Shown one piece after another: positions 58,866 to 64,000 of a stretch of DNA of 64,000 bases. The notes beneath the pieces were generated by a model that saw only the letters and a list, made by a program, of their open reading frames with translations, was not told where the DNA came from and did not search any database. Each line of letters begins with the position of its first letter. The stretch's first letter is position 1. Source of the DNA: Anthoceros angustus (Eukaryota > Plantae > Anthocerotophyta); assembly GCA_010909165.1 (NCBI GenBank), contig MU008160.1, positions 1,178,001 to 1,242,000 on the forward strand, in the 5' to 3' direction. The position numbers and the translations under genes are program-made.

Positions 58866-59923
58866 CGCCAGGAAAAGCACTCTATGCTGACTGTGGATGA
58901 ACCCATGGATGGTACCTGCTTCAGAGCAACCAATGCGAGAGCCGAAAGCCCAGTCCCTCCAATCCCAATGAAATGGACTCCGCCTGGCTTGCCAGTCATA
59001 CCTGCTCTGGCCGCTCCCCCTGCTGCCCGACGCCTACCCTCTGCCCTCCCCTTGAACCGCAGCTTCGTCACCAACGCTCTCCCAGGCCGCTCCTTGCTCC
59101 TGAGCATCCCACACAACCCAGCCCATGGTCTTGGCAACACCGGCTGGCTGTGGCTAGCTCTGGGCATCGCACCTCCTGTCTGCACCTGATGATGGATGCA
59201 TGTTCCTAAACACATCTTCCCTATCTCACCCCAACCTCTCAACCCAGAATGAGCATAAATGTAGGCACAGAGTTTGGGTGTTGCATCCTGCACATCTCAT
59301 CCAGACATCTCATCCAGCTCGTAGTTCACGTGCTCTGACGCTTGACCCATGCCCATTACTCAAAATGGGTGTTTCCGGCAATGAGAAGTGCCACGACCAG
59401 GGCAATAAAAACTATTCCGGTCTATGCACTACCATGCCACGTTCCACTGTCCGACATGCCCACATTGCTCATGAGCACGTCTTGGATGAGTCAGGCACTG
59501 TCCAGGGGATTTGGCACTGATTGAATAGGAGTGGAAGTCAAGTAATTTCGGAGCAATTCTTGGGAGCTGCATCTCTGTCGTGAAGTGACACAAGGGAAGC
59601 TCCATTTTCGACTGGTGGTCCAGTTGAAAATCGACGAAGGTAAGTGTTCCGTCTGTCACCATAAGGCTTCGCGGCCATGACAATCTTCGGCAGTACGAAG
59701 GATTAAGCCAGATGTTTTGAGTTGGATGTTGGAAGTGGATGTGCGAAGCTGCAAGCTCAGTGACCAAATCCCGACCTTCCGAATACAGTATGTCTATATT
59801 CAGTGTTTCTATGCTCGACCGAAGGGTGCTGCACGTCCTCCCTTCATTGAAGAAGTGACATCCAGACTTGGGTTCATTGGAATTCCACAATGAAACGTCC
59901 GTGGGTGCCACTAATTTCCAACT
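58866..59923 (-). repeat. Direct duplicate of MurC exon 1 and upstream region (54499-55586)
   Basis: Near-identical. Exon 1 and its splice donor are intact, with one R-to-C change. The 55.5-kb copy carries an extra ~26-bp tandem duplication. Confidence 0.93.
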
Positions 59924-59924
59924 A

Positions 59925-60375
59925 AGCGTCTTTCGACGGGTGCCTTTCATTCCCAGCTCCAAGCGTCTTTGGGACGGATCAATACTGGGATGGGGTGCCA
60001 GTCATTCCCAGTTCCAAGCATCCTTGGGACGGTCCAGGGCTCGGATGGGTGTTATCCATTCCCCAGCTCCAAGCGTCCTTGGGACGGTCCAGGACTCGGA
60101 TGGGTGTTATCCATTCCCCAGCTCCAAGTGGCCTTCGGACGGATCAATATTCGGATGGGTGCCATCCATTCCCCAGCTCCAAGCGTCCTGCGGACAGATC
60201 AATACTCGGATGGGTGTCATCCATTCCCCAGCTCCAAGCATCCTTGGGACGGATGAATACTCGGAAGGGGTATCACTCATTCCGCAGTTCCAAGCGTCCT
60301 TCACACGGATGAGTACTTGGATGAGTGTCATGCATTCCCCAGCTCCAAGCGTCCTTGAGACGGATCCATACTCGA
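59925..60375. repeat. ~53-bp degenerate tandem repeat, about 8 copies
   Basis: CCATTCCCCAGCTCCAAGCGTCCTTGGGACGG...ACTCGGATGGGTG units. Confidence 0.9.
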
Positions 60376-61510
60376 ATGGGGTGTCACTTATTCCGCACTT
60401 CCAAAAAGTTTCCCGAAAGTTTGGTGGAGAACGTACTGCTGCTCCTTCCAGCCGTCAGCCAAGCTCGCTTTTGCACTGTGTGCAAGCCATGGAGGAAGCT
60501 CATCATGTCTTCCAGATTCCGGGACCAGACCGCGTCGATAGCATTGCGCTCGGGTTAGGCTATCGCTCTGTGCAGAGCCGTGAAAGCCTTCGATACCCCG
60601 GAGCGTTTCAAGGTGGCGAAGATGATATTCCTGGCGGATGTGGACGAGACAGACCTGATTCCAAGCGGGAATTGGTGCGCACAAGGTGGCCTCCTGGCGC
60701 TCATGGTGCACTGCTACAGCTCGACGCGCAACATTCGCATCTTCGTCTTCAACCCAGTGGAGGAAACACCCTGTCATGAGCTTCCTCCTCTCCCTGGGGT
60801 CATGTGGGTGACCTGACCATGGTGGGTGGATGGAGATTACAGCTTCCGCGTTGTCCTGTCGTTCCATACTGAGGATCTCGTTGAGGAAGCATTCTGCATC
60901 TTCTCCAGCTCTCCCAACGGAATCTCGCCCATGAACTGGAGCAGGGTTGTCATTTCGCAGTCGTCGGCTCATCAGCTGGTGGACATCGGCGCGGATTTGG
61001 GTAGGCGCCTGCGTCTGACCTCGAGCAGGCGGTTCATCTACGCTTTTGTGTGGTATCGGAAGGGGAATTGCACTTCCTATGCACCAGTGCGTTTGAGTGC
61101 AGAGGCCGAGTATATCAGGCCACTTCCACCTTTCCATCAGGCTACGACTGTGCAGTATCTTTCCACGCTATCACAGCCAGGCGATGCTGCTGGACTGCTC
61201 CATCTTCAAGTTGGATGAAGGCAGCACAGAGTGGACGCCTGTCTCCAGCCCACCGCAGGTGTTGGGGTCTAATTTGAGAGTGTTGGCCGCAGAGATTGTG
61301 GGCGACTCACTGTTGATGGTTGTTGTCGCTGTCCTAAGGAGAGTGGACGTCAGCGCTTATCACACAGTGTCTAACTTGTGGACCCGGGTTTGCCAAACCT
61401 ATTACAGGAAGGATTATCGTGAGGGACCAAATGCCTATTTGGCATCAGACAAACGTCCCAAGTTCATCGCACCCAGAAGTGCCTCTGTCCAAGGAATGCC
61501 ACAAGCTTGA
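60376..61510 (+). pseudogene. F-box protein pseudogene (F-box plus beta-propeller-like C-terminus)
   Basis: FPESLVENVLLLLPAVSQARFCTVCKPWRKLI; IFVFNPV...ELPPLP. Stops and frameshifts at about 60556, 60814 and 61216. Confidence 0.8.
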
Positions 61511-62539
61511 AGCACAGGCGTTCAGAGTACAGTTGAGGAAAACTTAGCCCTGAGAGGTCTGTTCTTGAGGCGTACTTTCATTGTAGTCTAGGTTTTTCCT
61601 TGGCTTTGTATCGTGTAAGTTTACACACCCACACAATCGGTAAATTGTGTGCACGATTCCAACCAACAGGATTGTGCAAACTTACAGGTCCATCGTCTGC
61701 AGCATCTGCGGGCTGCTGCTGCTCCATCCCACTTCTATGTAGCTGCCGAAGATGGGGCCCAGGAATGACAGAAAGAGCAGCAGCCCGATGAGTTTTCTTT
61801 TCGTGACGTCGTCCAACTTGGTGGCACTTCCTTTTTCATCAGCTGACCTTAGCAGCCCGAAATCAAGAATGACAATGCGTGGGAAAAGGTTGCAGGTGCC
61901 AATGCTACTTTCTCCAGGTGCAGGCCAGCCCTGGATTCTGAAGCATGTTGCCAGGTTCCCAGCACAGCTTAACTGCCCGATGTTGTGGGCACTGGCATTC
62001 ACCGTCCAGGTCAGTCCACCACCCCTGGCCTGGCTGCTGTGAAGGCTGTGGGTTAGGGCGCGAAGAGGGGACGCGTTTGTGACCGGCCTCGTCTTGTCCA
62101 TGCACCTCCAAATTACCTATACGTCCGTATGGTGGTAATACACGGTATGTACCTGGGCATTCTGCCATATTCTGTTGTTAGACTCATCTTCCGACAGCGG
62201 TCCGTAAACGATGGCCACATTATGGCAACCGGACCCGTTGTGGACCCAACAAATTGGTGTGTGTACAGGGATTCTACCAGGAGCTCCCGCTCACCTCATC
62301 TCAGGGAGTCAACCCCTGGCAAACAAAGCCTCCAGGTGCAGCAGCGTAAGGAGCCCAACACTTCTACTTCTGAGAAATGGTGTGGGTAGGGATGGGTTTT
62401 CCAGCGATGGTCGTTGCCAGGAACAGGAGCACTTGTGGCAACATATTTTTCTGGACCCTACCATGTGGTGGGATAATAGACGAGAGAAGGAGAGCTCCCG
62501 TTCGCCTGACTTCCGACTTCAGCATTAACTCATGGCTCA

Positions 62540-64000
62540 ACTGTGGGGCAGGGATTGTGGGGCTTGTGTGCTACGCCGTGGGTTGTGGCCTGCTCATTCT
62601 GTTGCAGGGTTTCTTCGGCGCCCACATCACCAGGAGGCTGCCGAACGTCATGTCCTTCACAGACTTCGTTAGGAAGGTGAGTTAGCGGTGTTTGGTGCAC
62701 TCGGAACTTGTTGTAGGATCCAATTCTTTACATGCTGGAGGATGCTGACTCCTGAACTGCTCTTCAGGGCTTTGGGGACGTGCTGATGTTGTGGGTCACC
62801 CTCGTCATGATGCTCACCATAGGTATAGATCTTACTGCCGAGATGACAGCCGTAGGAGACCTTTTCAGCGATGTCATTGGGACTACCCGTGTACCCCTCG
62901 TTGTCCTAATCGCCATGGTGTCTATGGTTTACACGGCTGGTGGAGGGCTTTACGTGAGCATGATCACAGATCAGCTGCAGGCTGGCCTCACCCTTGTACT
63001 CCTGGCAATTTTTATCGTGTTTGTGGCCGTCACCTTCAGGGAAGCACTTCCCACAAGTACCTCGGTGCCACCTACCCAGGTGAGTCACAATCTGTCTGTG
63101 TGTTTGCTGGCAAGGCTTGCTTCTTGGCAGGGAAGACTGTATAACCCATCACCTCGTGCTGATTGTGCAGGGTATGCCACGATTACCACTATGCCGATCT
63201 CCCTGATATCAACCTGGTTATTCAGTGAGGCGATATGGCAGCGCTGTTGGGCATCTGTCTGTGACCGAAAGTTGAAGCAGGGTGCTTTTTGGGGAGCTTG
63301 CCAGTTAATGTACATGTCCTCTGTATGTTAATCTGATGTTGGGGTTGAGAAAAGGCAATATGGTTAAGCAGGAGCTCTTAAAGGCTTATGCTCCGTGTAC
63401 TAGGTTATTCTTGTGTGCTTCCTTTCTGGATTGGGTGGGAACCTCGCAGCCTGGTCCGGGATTGTGCCTTCTGGACTAGATGACTACGGCAACACCATTT
63501 TCTTCTCTTCACATGGCTTACGAACAGTGAGGCAGTCCAGGTGTGGCACTGTCCCTGTCGTTACTATCTGATGTCTGTAGTCTCAACATATACCCTCTGT
63601 TTGTTTGCGTTGCACAACCCCAGCTTATTTGTGTTCTTCTTGCAGGTGGTATGGGTCACTATCCTCGTGGCTAATCTGACGGTGATCCTGAGCGAATCAG
63701 CTCAAGATTCTCTACAAAATGCTCTCACAAACTGCATTGCAGGTGTGTTTCTGCGAAACCAGTCTATTTGGTGCCGTCTGTTGATGGTTGTCCTAACGAT
63801 TCCATGCCTGGTGGTATCACTCGGGGCAGGCAAACAATGCCATCCCTTGTTGGATCTGTTTGTGAACTGATGACAAACACTGACTCCTATCGTGTTCATT
63901 TGCCCAGGGCTACAATATCAACAGCCTGTTCCTCATCAGCAACATCGTGCCAGCCACATCCGCACTCCCGACATGTCAGAGCTGTTCACCAGCTACTGGG
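62540..64000 (+). pseudogene. Na+/solute symporter paralog lacking adjacent exons 1-2; runs off the window
   Basis: Collinear with 30570-31980. A ~10-nt deletion near 63050 shifts the frame; no 5' exons visible upstream. Confidence 0.85.

Noticed and set aside
54499-59923. The 1.07-kb direct repeats read as LTRs of a retroelement
   Set aside because: They contain MurC exon 1, lack TG...CA ends, PBS and PPT, and the interior has no gag-pol motifs.
61682-62101. IVILDFGLLR resembling a kinase DFG motif
   Set aside because: No HRD, VAIK or APE motifs nearby; too little to call.

Overview
Nuclear DNA from a non-seed land plant. A hornwort such as Anthoceros is the best inference, from short 60-110 bp introns, dense GC-rich genes, plastid MurC and DYW:KP-class PPR genes; a fern or Isoetes cannot be excluded. 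1-11 kb is transposon-derived: the right end of a CACTA element with a ~90-bp subterminal array, a rearranged Copia element with both LTRs, PBS and TSD, and Copia remnants. 11-38 kb is a birth-and-death cluster of PLS-class PPR RNA-editing genes: one intact DYW:KP protein ending in DRH (the class linked to U-to-C editing), an adjacent PPR whose KP-like DYW domain lacks the catalytic HxE motif, two DRH-type pseudogenes and 5' fragments. These are interleaved with Na+/solute-symporter copies, an intronless LPCAT and fragments of a LINE with a restriction-like endonuclease. 38-55 kb holds an AT-rich intronless RD21-like protease, intronless pyruvate kinase and CENP-C, a folate/biopterin transporter and MurC. 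55-64 kb holds a duplicated MurC first exon, a perfect 68-bp inverted repeat, an F-box pseudogene and another symporter pseudogene. All alignments and motif calls were made by eye; boundaries other than those at start/stop codons, splice sites and element termini are approximate.
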